From: a virus
Taxonomy: Duplodnaviria; Caudoviricetes
IMG/VR virus record: IMGVR_UViG_2930430511_000001
Location: 1 to 64,000 of that record
Reading direction: 5' to 3' (one strand)
DNA length: 64,000 nt
Made by a program: the position numbers and the translations under genes. Below the pieces are notes generated by a model. It worked only from the letters and a program-made list of their open reading frames with translations. It was not told where the DNA came from and made no database searches. Shown piece after piece: positions 9,235 to 18,106 of this stretch. The stretch's first letter is position 1; every line of letters begins with the position of its first letter.

Positions 9235-9990
9235 ATGCCAACTCTCCCCGTGCAGCACTGCACCCTCGACACCCGCGGCCTCCCCGCCGACGACCCCGCA
9301 ACCGCCGCCGCGGGCGTTCCCGCGCCGCGCACCGCGACCACCGACACCGCCACCGGCGGCCTCACCTCCAAGGGCCCCGTCTTCATGGGCACCGGGTGGA
9401 GGATCACCGCCCAGTTCCGCACCTACTGCCTATCCCCGTCCCAGCAGTACCTGATCACGTTCCCGTCACAGGCCCTCAAGGACAGGTACATCCCCTTCCT
9501 CACCGCCGCCGTCAACCAGCTCAAGGCCATAGGCCTGAACATCGACTTCGGCGACATCGAGACGTTCGACTACAGCGTCATCCCGCCCCGCGGCCACATC
9601 CAGTACGGCGACGTATACCGCCCCCTCGGAACCGCCGGCACCTCCCAAGGCCTCCCCTGCTACAACCGGGCTGACAACAGCGTGTGGGGCGGGTACGCGC
9701 GCATCGACTCCGAGTACTGGGACGGCAGCTGGTACCTGACCGACACCGTCAGGAAGAACCTCCTGATCCACGAGTTGGGCCACACCCTCGGCCTCGACCA
9801 CCCCAACAGCGACATGAACAGCGACGGGATCATCGACCGGTTCGAGGTCGTCAAGGACGCCGGCGTCTCCCCGACCATGACCAGCCCCAACGGCGGCTAC
9901 CAGGACAGCCGTGCCGGCACGTACACCACGTACGACCTGGCCGGCTTCAAGCAGCTCCTCGCCAACGCCCCCATCCTCGGCGTCAGCTGA
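9235..9990 (+). CDS. Metzincin (matrixin-like) zinc metalloprotease
   Basis: HELGHTLGLDH zinc motif, Met-turn SPTMT; class B leaderless promoter at 9197-9228. Confidence 0.85.
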   Translation: MPTLPVQHCTLDTRGLPADDPATAAAGVPAPRTATTDTATGGLTSKGPVFMGTGWRITAQFRTYCLSPSQQYLITFPSQALKDRYIPFLTAAVNQLKAIGLNIDFGDIETFDYSVIPPRGHIQYGDVYRPLGTAGTSQGLPCYNRADNSVWGGYARIDSEYWDGSWYLTDTVRKNLLIHELGHTLGLDHPNSDMNSDGIIDRFEVVKDAGVSPTMTSPNGGYQDSRAGTYTTYDLAGFKQLLANAPILGVS

Positions 9991-10025
9991 ACCACCCGGC
10001 CCCGAGCCGCCTGAGCCCCTCCCGC

Positions 10026-10047
10026 TGTCAGTGCCTGCTGGCACACT
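10026..10047 (+). promoter_or_regulatory. RecA-NDp/PafBC-like promoter TGTCAG-N10-CACACT
   Basis: TGTCAGTG core with correct spacing to a -10-like hexamer. Confidence 0.6.
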
Positions 10048-10077
10048 CCCGGCAAACGCCCTGTCCCGGGAGGAACT

Positions 10078-10431
10078 ATGCCCATCGACCGCGACCCCGC
10101 CGTCATCGCCTACCAGCTCGCGGACGAGACCCGCGCCCTCGCCGCTGCCACCGCCAAGCCGGACGACGCCTACCCGGACGTGGCCGCGCTACTGGCCGTG
10201 GCGGAAGGGGTGCACCTGACCGTGCACCAGCTGCCCGAGGTGGCGGAGAAGTTCTCTGCGGGCCTGCGGGCGCTGGAGGAGCGGGGCGCCCTCAAGGACC
10301 CGGCGGACGAGGTTTCTGGGGCCCTCAGGGCACTCCTGGATGCCGGGCGGTACTTGGTGTTGGCCAGGCAGGAGTTGCGGGCTGTGGAGGCTGCTGTGGC
10401 CGGCCTGGAGGGTGAAGGGGTGTCGGCGTAG
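10078..10431 (+). CDS. Helical hypothetical protein (probable paralog of 7760-8146)
   Basis: GGAGG RBS; ADETRALAAAT...YPD. Confidence 0.75.
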   Translation: MPIDRDPAVIAYQLADETRALAAATAKPDDAYPDVAALLAVAEGVHLTVHQLPEVAEKFSAGLRALEERGALKDPADEVSGALRALLDAGRYLVLARQELRAVEAAVAGLEGEGVSA

Positions 10432-10492
10432 CGGGTGGTCGACGCTGGGGCGCCCCTGGGGATGACGGGGAGCCCATTCCATGACACTTAGA

Positions 10493-10523
10493 TATTGCAT
10501 GTGCACCATGAGAGTGTTACGGT
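10493..10523 (+). promoter_or_regulatory. Class A promoter TTGCAT-N17-TACGGT with operator
   Basis: TATTGCATGTGCACCA variant of the repeated palindrome. Confidence 0.75.
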
Positions 10524-10699
10524 GGAACCACACCGCCCCACCAGGAGGGAGCAGTCCACCGAGGTCCGTGGCAACGCCCCAGCCACCCGACCTCCACCCC
10601 GCGGCCCGCGCCACACCCCCATGGCGCGGGCCGCCCCATTCCCAGGCAACAACCCCACCCAAACCACGCCAGCATGGACACACGCCCAAGGAGCCCCGC

Positions 10700-10960
10700 A
10701 TGGCCACCTCCGCTGCACCCCAGCCCGCCCGTAGCGCCAAGTTCTTCCAGCCCGGCCACACCTACGCGAGCCTGCGCTTCCGGTTCCACTGTGGGGCGGT
10801 TGCCCCGAACCCGGCCACCGGAGAGACGCGAGCAATCGGATGGCACGGCAGGCTCCGGACCGGCGACGGCGAATGGCTGTGGACCGCAAGTGAGCGGACC
10901 CTCGCCGACTGGTCCGATGGTCACTGGACGGACATCACCGAGAACGGCGACGGCCGATGA
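10700..10960 (+). CDS. Hypothetical phage protein
   Basis: AAGGAG RBS; ATGA coupling to the next gene. Confidence 0.7.
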   Translation: MATSAAPQPARSAKFFQPGHTYASLRFRFHCGAVAPNPATGETRAIGWHGRLRTGDGEWLWTASERTLADWSDGHWTDITENGDGR

Positions 10961-11205
10961 CCGCCACGCCGGCCCTCACCAAAATCCTCGGCCCCGCCCT
11001 CGTCGACTGGCTCGACACCGACGAGCACCGCGACCAGGCCTACGCCCTCCACCAGCTCATCGCCGACCAGGACGGCCCGTACGTAGCGTCCGCGTGGCTC
11101 ATCGGCATGAACCCGCACCTCGGAAATGACTCGCCCCTCAACGCCATCCGCAACGGGCGCGGCGTCGACGCCCGCGAAGCCTCACGCACCTACCTCGACG
11201 GCTGA
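10957..11205 (+). CDS. Stand-alone Xre/MbcA/ParS antitoxin C-terminal-like domain protein
   Basis: ASAWLIGMNPHLGNDSPLNAIRNG matches the W-L-x-x-x-N-x-x-L-G-x-x-x-P pattern. Confidence 0.6.
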   Translation: MTATPALTKILGPALVDWLDTDEHRDQAYALHQLIADQDGPYVASAWLIGMNPHLGNDSPLNAIRNGRGVDAREASRTYLDG

Positions 11206-11212
11206 GGACCCC

Positions 11213-11680
11213 ATGAGCACCGAACCCCTCCACCGATTCCGCTGCGACAGCCCCCACTGCCACACCACCGCCTACAGCGAGAAGGTCACCGACGCCCCGG
11301 ACGGGTGGCGCACCATCCGAAGCAACGACCACATCCCCATCGAGAAGACCAGCCGCTACCCCGCACGCCGGCCCCGGAACACGCTGACCTACAGCGAACG
11401 CAGCCGCGGGTCCTTCGCCCTGCACCTGTGCCCGGCCCACCCCACCGCCTTCGACGCGCATCTTCCGCGCACCGACGGCATCCGTACCCGCCCCGGCCGC
11501 GACGGCATGGCCAACGTGTCCTGCTCCTGCGGCGTCCACCTCGGATACACCAGCACCAGCTACCGAATCGCCTCGGCCGACATGAGCGGCCCCTCCGCGT
11601 ACACCGAGAAGACGTGGTGGCAGCACCTGCCGGAGGACCTCCGCTGGTACGCCGCCCGCACCACCGAGGAGCAGCAGTGA
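11213..11680 (+). CDS. Cys/His-containing hypothetical protein
   Basis: CDSPHC, LHLCPAH, CSCG; operon coupling. Confidence 0.7.
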   Translation: MSTEPLHRFRCDSPHCHTTAYSEKVTDAPDGWRTIRSNDHIPIEKTSRYPARRPRNTLTYSERSRGSFALHLCPAHPTAFDAHLPRTDGIRTRPGRDGMANVSCSCGVHLGYTSTSYRIASADMSGPSAYTEKTWWQHLPEDLRWYAARTTEEQQ

Positions 11681-12270
11681 CCGACGATCTGTGGCAGCGC
11701 ATCGCCGACGCGGTCGGCAGCACGCAGACAACCGACGTTGTGATGACCATCGTCCAGCCCGAACTGATCAGTCTCCGCTCTGCGCTTCGCAACTCCGAGC
11801 GCATCCGTGAGAACGCCGACTTCCACCTCGGACAAGAGATGGCGCGGCGGCAACTGGCGGAGAAAGAGAACGCCCGCCTCCGCGCTGAGCTTGACCATTG
11901 GCGCCCAGACGGCAACGACGGATACGGGCACCCGGTCCATTGGACCGTCTACAACGACATGCACCACCGAGCCCTGAAGGCAGAAGGCGCCATCGAGCGC
12001 GTACGGGCTCTGCATGAGCGCCGGGAAGCCGACGACGGCTCCACGTACTGCGACGTGTGCTCCAACCACGGCGACATCGCCTGGCCCTGTGCCACCATCC
12101 GCGCCCTGGACGGGAAGGCGGCCAGGCCTTCCCGGTGCGCCGAGTGCGGGCACCCCAAGGCGCAGCACCAGGCCCCGGAGGAGCCCGTATCCGGCGGCCT
12201 GTGCACCGCGTGCGACGAGGAAGGCAGCGACGACGCCCAGCACGACTACGAGCCCGCCGAGGAGGCGTGA
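11677..12270 (+). CDS. Hypothetical phage protein (C..C..WPCATIRAL motif)
   Basis: GTGA coupling; motif common in actinophage early genes. Confidence 0.7.
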   Translation: MTDDLWQRIADAVGSTQTTDVVMTIVQPELISLRSALRNSERIRENADFHLGQEMARRQLAEKENARLRAELDHWRPDGNDGYGHPVHWTVYNDMHHRALKAEGAIERVRALHERREADDGSTYCDVCSNHGDIAWPCATIRALDGKAARPSRCAECGHPKAQHQAPEEPVSGGLCTACDEEGSDDAQHDYEPAEEA

Positions 12271-13106
12271 TGCGCCGCCTCGCCGCGGTCCCCGAGACGC
12301 CTGAGCCGCCGAAGCGGACGCTCGAAGAGATGCTCACCGCGATCTACAACGACTGCCGTCCCGACCACGAGGCCCGGGAGCTGCTCCTCGCCGTCACCTA
12401 CGCCGTCAAGCTCGGCCCCCAGGAAGGCGACGCGTCCCCGCTGCGGGAGGCGCGCCGCGTCCTCGGCAGGGACAAGAGCACCGGCAAGGCCCGCTACGAC
12501 CGCCTGGTGGCCGCCGACGCGCCCCGCTACGAGCCGCCGCGTGAGGCCGGCGACTGGTACCCGTCGGGCGCGCCGCACTGCAAGGCTCCCCGGCTCCGCC
12601 CGTTCAAGCCCCGGCCGTACACTCCGCGCGCTAAGTCTGACCCGGTGCTGCCCGAGCCGACACCCATCCGGCAGCCCAGCATCCCGCCGGACATTGCCGC
12701 CTTCGTGGCCGCCTATACGGTCTACGCCTCCGCCAACTCCGCCCCTCCACGGGACTGGCGCACCGAGGACGGCGTGTGCGGAGCTGACTCCCACCACCGC
12801 GTGCTGGAGAAGGACCCGCGCACCGGCTGGATCACCGCCCACTGGTTCTGCAAGCGGCACAAGGAGCACGCCGACCGGGTTGCCGAGCAGGTCCGGGAGC
12901 AGAACGAGCAGGCCCCGGAGCCGATCCCCAACAAGGGTGGGCTGCTGCCGTGCTACTTCAAGGCGGACTGGGCGACGGTCTACGCCCACTACCGCAAGGG
13001 CTGGACGGCTCCGTCGTACGGACTGTGCGCGGATGACTGGCCGTCTGCTGCGTCGGCGGTGCCGCGGGGGCGGCTGCGGGTCATGGTCGGTTCGACGGGC
13101 GCGTGA
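12270..13106 (+). CDS. Hypothetical protein
   Basis: GGAGG RBS, TGATG coupling. Confidence 0.7.
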   Translation: MRRLAAVPETPEPPKRTLEEMLTAIYNDCRPDHEARELLLAVTYAVKLGPQEGDASPLREARRVLGRDKSTGKARYDRLVAADAPRYEPPREAGDWYPSGAPHCKAPRLRPFKPRPYTPRAKSDPVLPEPTPIRQPSIPPDIAAFVAAYTVYASANSAPPRDWRTEDGVCGADSHHRVLEKDPRTGWITAHWFCKRHKEHADRVAEQVREQNEQAPEPIPNKGGLLPCYFKADWATVYAHYRKGWTAPSYGLCADDWPSAASAVPRGRLRVMVGSTGA

Positions 13107-13484
13107 ACGCGTATTGACGGCCGTGTCAACAACGTGTGGGTGGCGTAGGCGCGGGGTGAGGGTGTGGTGACCGGGGGTGAATCGACCTGGTCAGAAGGTC
13201 GCCCCGCCGAATGCCGGGCTGATACACGTAGCCATGGCATATGCCAAACGCAGTGCGGCGGGCCTCCCCCGGGCTGCGATTACCGGTAGAGACCCGCCAC
13301 GCACACACGACCCGAGCCAGCCCCACACTGAACCCGCGTCAGGTGACCATCCGCGGTGGCCTGATCACAGAAGCCATCATGCGTGAAGCTTCAACCGAAT
13401 ACCTCCGCCAACTTTTCACCGAAAAAACTCCACAACAAACACCACTAGCACCACACGCCACCGACGTGATAACGGGGAGACAGA

Positions 13485-14312
13485 TTGAACAAGGACGCGC
13501 TCAAAGGCCTACTCGAGAGCCGACGCGCCCGCATCGACCCCACCAGCGTCGGCCTCGAACGCACCCAACGCCAAGGCCGCCGCGCCGCCGGCCTCGGCCT
13601 CTCCCAGGAGCAAGTCGACAAAATCGCCGGCTACGGCACCCGTACCTACAGCCGCCTCGTCAACGGCAAAATCCACGACCCCAGCTACCCACTCCTCCGC
13701 GCCTACGCCAACGCCCTCCGTCTCACCGAGCAGGAGTGGGTAGCAATGTGCCGCTACGCCCGCGGCGACGACCGGGACCGTGCCCTCAACCCCCGCTCCG
13801 GCAAAAAGGTCCCCGGCATGTGGGCCGACGCCGTCGAAGGCTTCCGGCACATGGCCTACATCACCGACCAGTCCTACAACCTCCTCGCCCACAACGAGCC
13901 GTTCTCGGACCTGTTCGCCAACCGGCAGCCCCCGCCCAACATGATGGAGTGGATGCTGCTGTCCGAGGCGGCACGCACCACCCTCACCGACTGGCCAACC
14001 GTCTGGGCCCCCTACGTCCTGCCGCAACTGCGCGGAGCCCGCGCCATCCTCCCCGACGACTGCATCCTCGCCGCCATCGAACAGGCCGTCATAGCCGACC
14101 CCGAATGCGGCCCGATGTACGAGGAGCGCACCACCGCCCAAGTCCACCCCGACGGCCAGGAACGCCCCGTTCTCCACCCCCTCCTGGGCCCGGGGTGGGC
14201 GAACATCTGCGCCGCGGAACCCCTCTCGAGCCCCAACGCCCGCCTGATGATCGTGATGTTCTATCCGGGTGTCGGCCCCTCCCACGTCCGCCGGCCACAC
14301 CTCCACGCCTGA
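13485..14312 (+). CDS. XRE-family HTH plus MmyB-type (MLTR) PAS-like ligand-binding regulator
   Basis: LLESRRARIDPTSVGL..GRRAAGLGLSQEQV...YSRL; AYITDQSYNLLAHNEPF..LF, PNMMEWMLL, W..WAP. Confidence 0.9.
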   Translation: MNKDALKGLLESRRARIDPTSVGLERTQRQGRRAAGLGLSQEQVDKIAGYGTRTYSRLVNGKIHDPSYPLLRAYANALRLTEQEWVAMCRYARGDDRDRALNPRSGKKVPGMWADAVEGFRHMAYITDQSYNLLAHNEPFSDLFANRQPPPNMMEWMLLSEAARTTLTDWPTVWAPYVLPQLRGARAILPDDCILAAIEQAVIADPECGPMYEERTTAQVHPDGQERPVLHPLLGPGWANICAAEPLSSPNARLMIVMFYPGVGPSHVRRPHLHA

Positions 14313-14396
14313 CCACCTGGCCCCTGGCACGTCATCGCGGGAAAGCGGCGGAGAGTCGGACCGTAAAGTTGAGGGCCTCACCAGGGGGAGGCCCTC

Positions 14397-15443
14397 ATGC
14401 CTGCACACGTCACCGGCCCCACCGTCGAACACCCAGACAACTGGGTCACGACGGATGAAATCTGCGACAACATCACCCAGCACCACCCCAACCACCCCAA
14501 ACTCGGGACCGTGCTGCGCGTCGTCCGCAACACCGGCGTCCAGACCCGCGCCTTCCACCACCCCCTGGACTCCGACCAGATATCCGGCAGCCTCAGCATC
14601 GCCGACCGCAACCAGCAGGCATGGGTCGACGCCTCCAGCCTCGCCGAAGAAGCCGCGGAGAAGGCCCTCGAGGAGGCCGGCCTCCAGCCTGGCGATATCA
14701 CCGCCATCGTCACCAGCAACACGACCAGCTGGGCCGCGCCGGGCTTGGACGTCCACCTCGTCGAGCAGCTCGGCCTCCGCCCCGACGTACGCCGCGTGGC
14801 GCTGGCCACCGTCGGCTGTATCGGCGGTGCCCAAGCCCTCACCCGCGCCGCGGACCTCGTCACCGCACACGGCTCCCGCGTTCTCGTCGTCGTGTCCGAG
14901 GCGCTCTCCACCATCTACCACCACGCGGACACGTCCCTGGAGTCGATGATCTACAAGGCCTTGTTCGGGGACGCCGCCACTGCCTGCATCGTCACCGCCG
15001 AGCCCCTCCAGCCGGGTGTGCGCATCGACGACACCTGGGAGTACCTGCTGCCCAACTCCCGCGACCGCTTCTGGGGAAGCCTGCTGGAAACCCACATCCG
15101 CTTCGACTCCACCAAGGCCGCCACCAGGGCACCCGCGGACGCCATGCCCGCACTCGTCGACTGGCTCAAGCAGCGCGACGCCGTCACCCCGGACTGGGCA
15201 GTCGTCCACGCCGGCAGTCCCGCGATCCTCACCGCGGCGCAGCAAGGCCTCAGCCTCACCGGCGCCCAGCTCCAGCACTCCCACGCCAGCCTCGCCCAGG
15301 TCGGAAACCTCGGCGGCAGCTCCGTCCTGGATGTCCTGCGCCGCACCCACGACACCCCGCCCGCCGACGGCGCGACAGGCCTGATGCTCGCCTACGGGCC
15401 CGGGTTCACCACCACCGCACTCACGGGCACCTGGGTCAGCTGA
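14397..15443 (+). CDS. Type III polyketide synthase (chalcone synthase superfamily)
   Basis: Cys-His-Asn triad (TVGCIGG, VVHAGS, GNLGG), ALFGDAA, AYGPGF. Confidence 0.93.
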   Translation: MPAHVTGPTVEHPDNWVTTDEICDNITQHHPNHPKLGTVLRVVRNTGVQTRAFHHPLDSDQISGSLSIADRNQQAWVDASSLAEEAAEKALEEAGLQPGDITAIVTSNTTSWAAPGLDVHLVEQLGLRPDVRRVALATVGCIGGAQALTRAADLVTAHGSRVLVVVSEALSTIYHHADTSLESMIYKALFGDAATACIVTAEPLQPGVRIDDTWEYLLPNSRDRFWGSLLETHIRFDSTKAATRAPADAMPALVDWLKQRDAVTPDWAVVHAGSPAILTAAQQGLSLTGAQLQHSHASLAQVGNLGGSSVLDVLRRTHDTPPADGATGLMLAYGPGFTTTALTGTWVS

Positions 15444-15473
15444 CTGTCCTCTCCGTTCAAGGCGGGGAACCCG

Positions 15474-15502
15474 TAGACATGTCTAGACTGTACATGTATC
15501 AT
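15474..15502 (+). promoter_or_regulatory. Promoter TAGACA-N17-TATCAT with palindromes TAGACATGTCTA and TACATGTA
   Basis: Leaderless ATG six nt downstream; likely autoregulation by the following HTH. Confidence 0.7.
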
Positions 15503-15508
15503 CTAGTC

Positions 15509-15733
15509 ATGCAGGAAACGCAACGCGCGGAACTCACCCGTCGCGCCGAAGAAGTAGCCGCCCGCCGTGCAGGCGCCACCGCCGAACTCAAGACCATCGC
15601 CGTCGAACTCTGGCGCGATGGCCTCCACAACGTCCGGCAAATCGCCACCACCACGACCCTCTCCCGCGCCACCGTGTACGCAGCACTCCGCGCCGAGGGC
15701 ATCGAACCCACCCAACGCACCACCGAGCAGTGA
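15509..15733 (+). CDS. Small HTH DNA-binding protein
   Basis: NVRQIATTTTLSRATVYAAL. Confidence 0.75.
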   Translation: MQETQRAELTRRAEEVAARRAGATAELKTIAVELWRDGLHNVRQIATTTTLSRATVYAALRAEGIEPTQRTTEQ

Positions 15734-15743
15734 GGACACCGAC

Positions 15744-15992
15744 ATGGCACTCGTGGACGACATCGAGTTCTACGGCAACGCCGTCGACACCGGCAAGATG
15801 ACCCGTCAGGACGCCGTCAAGGCCCTGGCGGAGGCCAGCAACGGCGGCCTCACCGAACACGGCGCCGCCGAGTCCATCCGCAACTGGAAGACACGCCGAC
15901 GCGATTACCAGGCTGCGGCCCAAGCCGCGCGAAGGACACTGACCAACTGCCTGAACACGCTGTACGAGCTTCCGAGCCATCCCTCGGAGTGA
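15744..15992 (+). CDS. Hypothetical protein
   Basis: GAGGA RBS within a GAGCAGTGAGGAC junction. Confidence 0.7.
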   Translation: MALVDDIEFYGNAVDTGKMTRQDAVKALAEASNGGLTEHGAAESIRNWKTRRRDYQAAAQAARRTLTNCLNTLYELPSHPSE

Positions 15993-16119
15993 GCGCATCC
16001 GGCAAGAGCAAGGGCCCGGCCTACGGCAATTAGGCCGGGCCTCGCCGCGTCAGCGTACCCACACCGGCCCGCATCTCGGCAGGGGCAACGAATCCGGCGA
16101 ACCGCGCCAGCATGGAGAC

Positions 16120-16440
16120 ATGGCCCCTTCCCCTGAACCACAGCCCGAGCGCATCGTCCTCAACGACGCCGACATCTGGCCCACCATCGCCGGGACTCCC
16201 CGACAGCAGCAGCTCTGCGACTGGCTCGCCGCCAACGGCATCGACTACAACGAGGTCCCCGTCCAGGCCCCGCTGACCGTCGAGACCCTCCCGGGCGGGC
16301 AGCGCATCATCCGGTACACCGTCTACCTGCGCACCGCCGACGGAGACCGGTACGCCGACCCCAACGATCCCGACCAGGCCGCCCGCGAAGAACGCACCGC
16401 GACCCTCCTCACCGAGCCGCCCGCCACGGAGGAGCCATGA
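16120..16440 (+). CDS. Hypothetical phage protein
   Basis: Class B leaderless promoter at 16082-16113; ATGA coupling. Confidence 0.7.
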   Translation: MAPSPEPQPERIVLNDADIWPTIAGTPRQQQLCDWLAANGIDYNEVPVQAPLTVETLPGGQRIIRYTVYLRTADGDRYADPNDPDQAAREERTATLLTEPPATEEP

Positions 16441-16727
16441 GCAGCAGCGAGGCCGGCTACCAGCCCGGCGACTGGCACGAGACGCTGGTCGACCTCCTCG
16501 TCATGGACCGCGGTATACCCGAGGACCGTGCCCGACGGTTCCTCGCACGCCACGCCGAAGAAGCCCGCGCCACCACCCCGCCACCGGGTGAGCAGCGCTC
16601 CGATGCGCTGGCTGCCATCGACCGGGTACAGGCCGTCGCCCGCGAGTGGGAGTTCATGAGCGGACGCACCGCAGCCCGCAGCGAACTCCTCGCCGCCCTC
16701 AACGGACCCACCGAGGAGCAGCGGTGA
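16437..16727 (+). CDS. Hypothetical protein
   Basis: GGAGG RBS, coupled. Confidence 0.7.
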   Translation: MSSSEAGYQPGDWHETLVDLLVMDRGIPEDRARRFLARHAEEARATTPPPGEQRSDALAAIDRVQAVAREWEFMSGRTAARSELLAALNGPTEEQR

Positions 16728-16990
16728 GCGACAGTCCCGAGCTGAAGGCCGCCTACCAGCGCCTCGAAGACGCCATCAACGAGGTCACCCGCCTCGAGGG
16801 CTTCGAAGGCGTCCTCGTCGAATGGGTCATCGTGGCCGCGTCACAGCGATACGACGATGACGGTGACGGCATCACCCAGGTCGGCATCGTCGTCCCGGAC
16901 AGCGGCCACGTGCCGTACCACCGCACCATGGGGCTCCTCGACTACGCCCTGACCCGGCAGCGCGCCGAGGTTGCGCGTGATGACGAGTAG
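16724..16990 (+). CDS. Hypothetical protein
   Basis: GTGA coupling, GAGGAG RBS. Confidence 0.7.
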   Translation: MSDSPELKAAYQRLEDAINEVTRLEGFEGVLVEWVIVAASQRYDDDGDGITQVGIVVPDSGHVPYHRTMGLLDYALTRQRAEVARDDE

Positions 16991-17123
16991 GCGGTCTGCG
17001 GTCGACGTGGCCAGCAGCATCGTCGGCGTAGTCCTGGGCGTGGCGGTCGGCGGCATCCTCACCCTGTACGGGGTGCGCGTCGCCGTCGACTGGGCCATCG
17101 CACGCGCCGTGCAGGCCAGCTGA
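16980..17123 (+). CDS. Small membrane protein (47 aa)
   Basis: MTSRRSAVDVASSIVGVVLGVAVGGILTLYG...; too short for the ORF track. Confidence 0.5.
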   Translation: MTSRRSAVDVASSIVGVVLGVAVGGILTLYGVRVAVDWAIARAVQAS

Positions 17124-17132
17124 GACACTGCC

Positions 17133-17435
17133 GTGGTGTCGACCCCACCCGAACCCCGCGAGGCTGTCGAAGTCCCGCCCTGGAATGCCGCGCAGGGCCC
17201 GCCGCCTGCCGTGCAGACGTGGCCGCGTACGAGCCGGCCCGCCCTGCGCATCTGGATCCGCGGCCAGTGGCGACGCTGCCCCGTCATCGCCCTGCACCAC
17301 TACGCCGACGGCCGCCGCGCCGTCCAGGTCGACGTGCACCTCGACTCCGACACCAGCTACCAGGCCCGCACCTACCGCTGGGACCCCGCTGCCATGCGCA
17401 TCGTCGCTCGCGGCGAGCCGCCGCTCGAACCGTAG
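17133..17435 (+). CDS. Hypothetical protein
   Basis: ORF with typical codon bias, ending before a terminator. Confidence 0.6.
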   Translation: MVSTPPEPREAVEVPPWNAAQGPPPAVQTWPRTSRPALRIWIRGQWRRCPVIALHHYADGRRAVQVDVHLDSDTSYQARTYRWDPAAMRIVARGEPPLEP

Positions 17436-17442
17436 ACGCACG

Positions 17443-17478
17443 AAGAGCCCCACCATCCCGCAGGACAGTGGGGCTCTT
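17443..17478. terminator. Hairpin between convergent gene blocks
   Basis: AAGAGCCCCAC...GTGGGGCTCTT. Confidence 0.7.
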
Positions 17479-17494
17479 GAAGGCGGCACCTTCT

Positions 17495-18106
17495 TTACTG
17501 CACGTACGACGGTAATCGGGCCTCGGCCAGCTGCGCCAGACGCCGCGCCTCTCGAGGGTTCAGCCGGCCGCCGACGTTGTGGCGCAGCAGCTCCAGCATC
17601 CGATTCGCAGGGAACACGGCGACGCCCCGCACATGGAACCCGCCGCCATCGACCGGCGCGTTGTGCACCACGATCAACGGCGTCACCGGCACACCCAGAG
17701 CCTTCGACACCTCACCGGTCTCCCACAGGGCGGTGTCGACCTGCCGGTCCCGGTCGTGGTCACCGTGCGCAAGCCGGCCACCGACCAGCCGAACCCGCCA
17801 CTTCCTCGACCACAGCTTCGTGTCCAGCGTGAACACCTGCCCGTCCGGACCAACCAGCAAAGCGTCCACGTTCGCCCGCTTCCCCACAGCCAGGTCGTAC
17901 AGCACGTACCAGCCCTCCCGGAGCAGCGGCGCCAGGAGCTGGGCAGTGCGCCGCTCCCCCTCCGCGCCCGCCGACCAGTTCCCCGCCTGACGCCGGGCCT
18001 TGGCCATGCCGGGCGTGGTGACGCCCACGGCGGCCGCGATGTGCTGCCACCACCGCAGACGGCCCACCTGCCGGGCCCGCGCGGCCGCCGACGCACCCGC
18101 GTTCAC
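17495..18106 (-). CDS. NERD-domain nuclease-related protein
   Basis: WSAGAEGERRT, YDL, ANVDALLVGPDGQVFTLDTK. Confidence 0.85.
   Translation of the reverse strand: MNAGASAAARARQVGRLRWWQHIAAAVGVTTPGMAKARRQAGNWSAGAEGERRTAQLLAPLLREGWYVLYDLAVGKRANVDALLVGPDGQVFTLDTKLWSRKWRVRLVGGRLAHGDHDRDRQVDTALWETGEVSKALGVPVTPLIVVHNAPVDGGGFHVRGVAVFPANRMLELLRHNVGGRLNPREARRLAQLAEARLPSYVQ

Noticed and set aside
13509-15350. Long antisense ORFs (613 aa here; also 20328-21875, 47969-49450, 57855-59747, 61416-63425)
   Set aside because: Shadow frames of real high-GC genes on the opposite strand, with no motifs.
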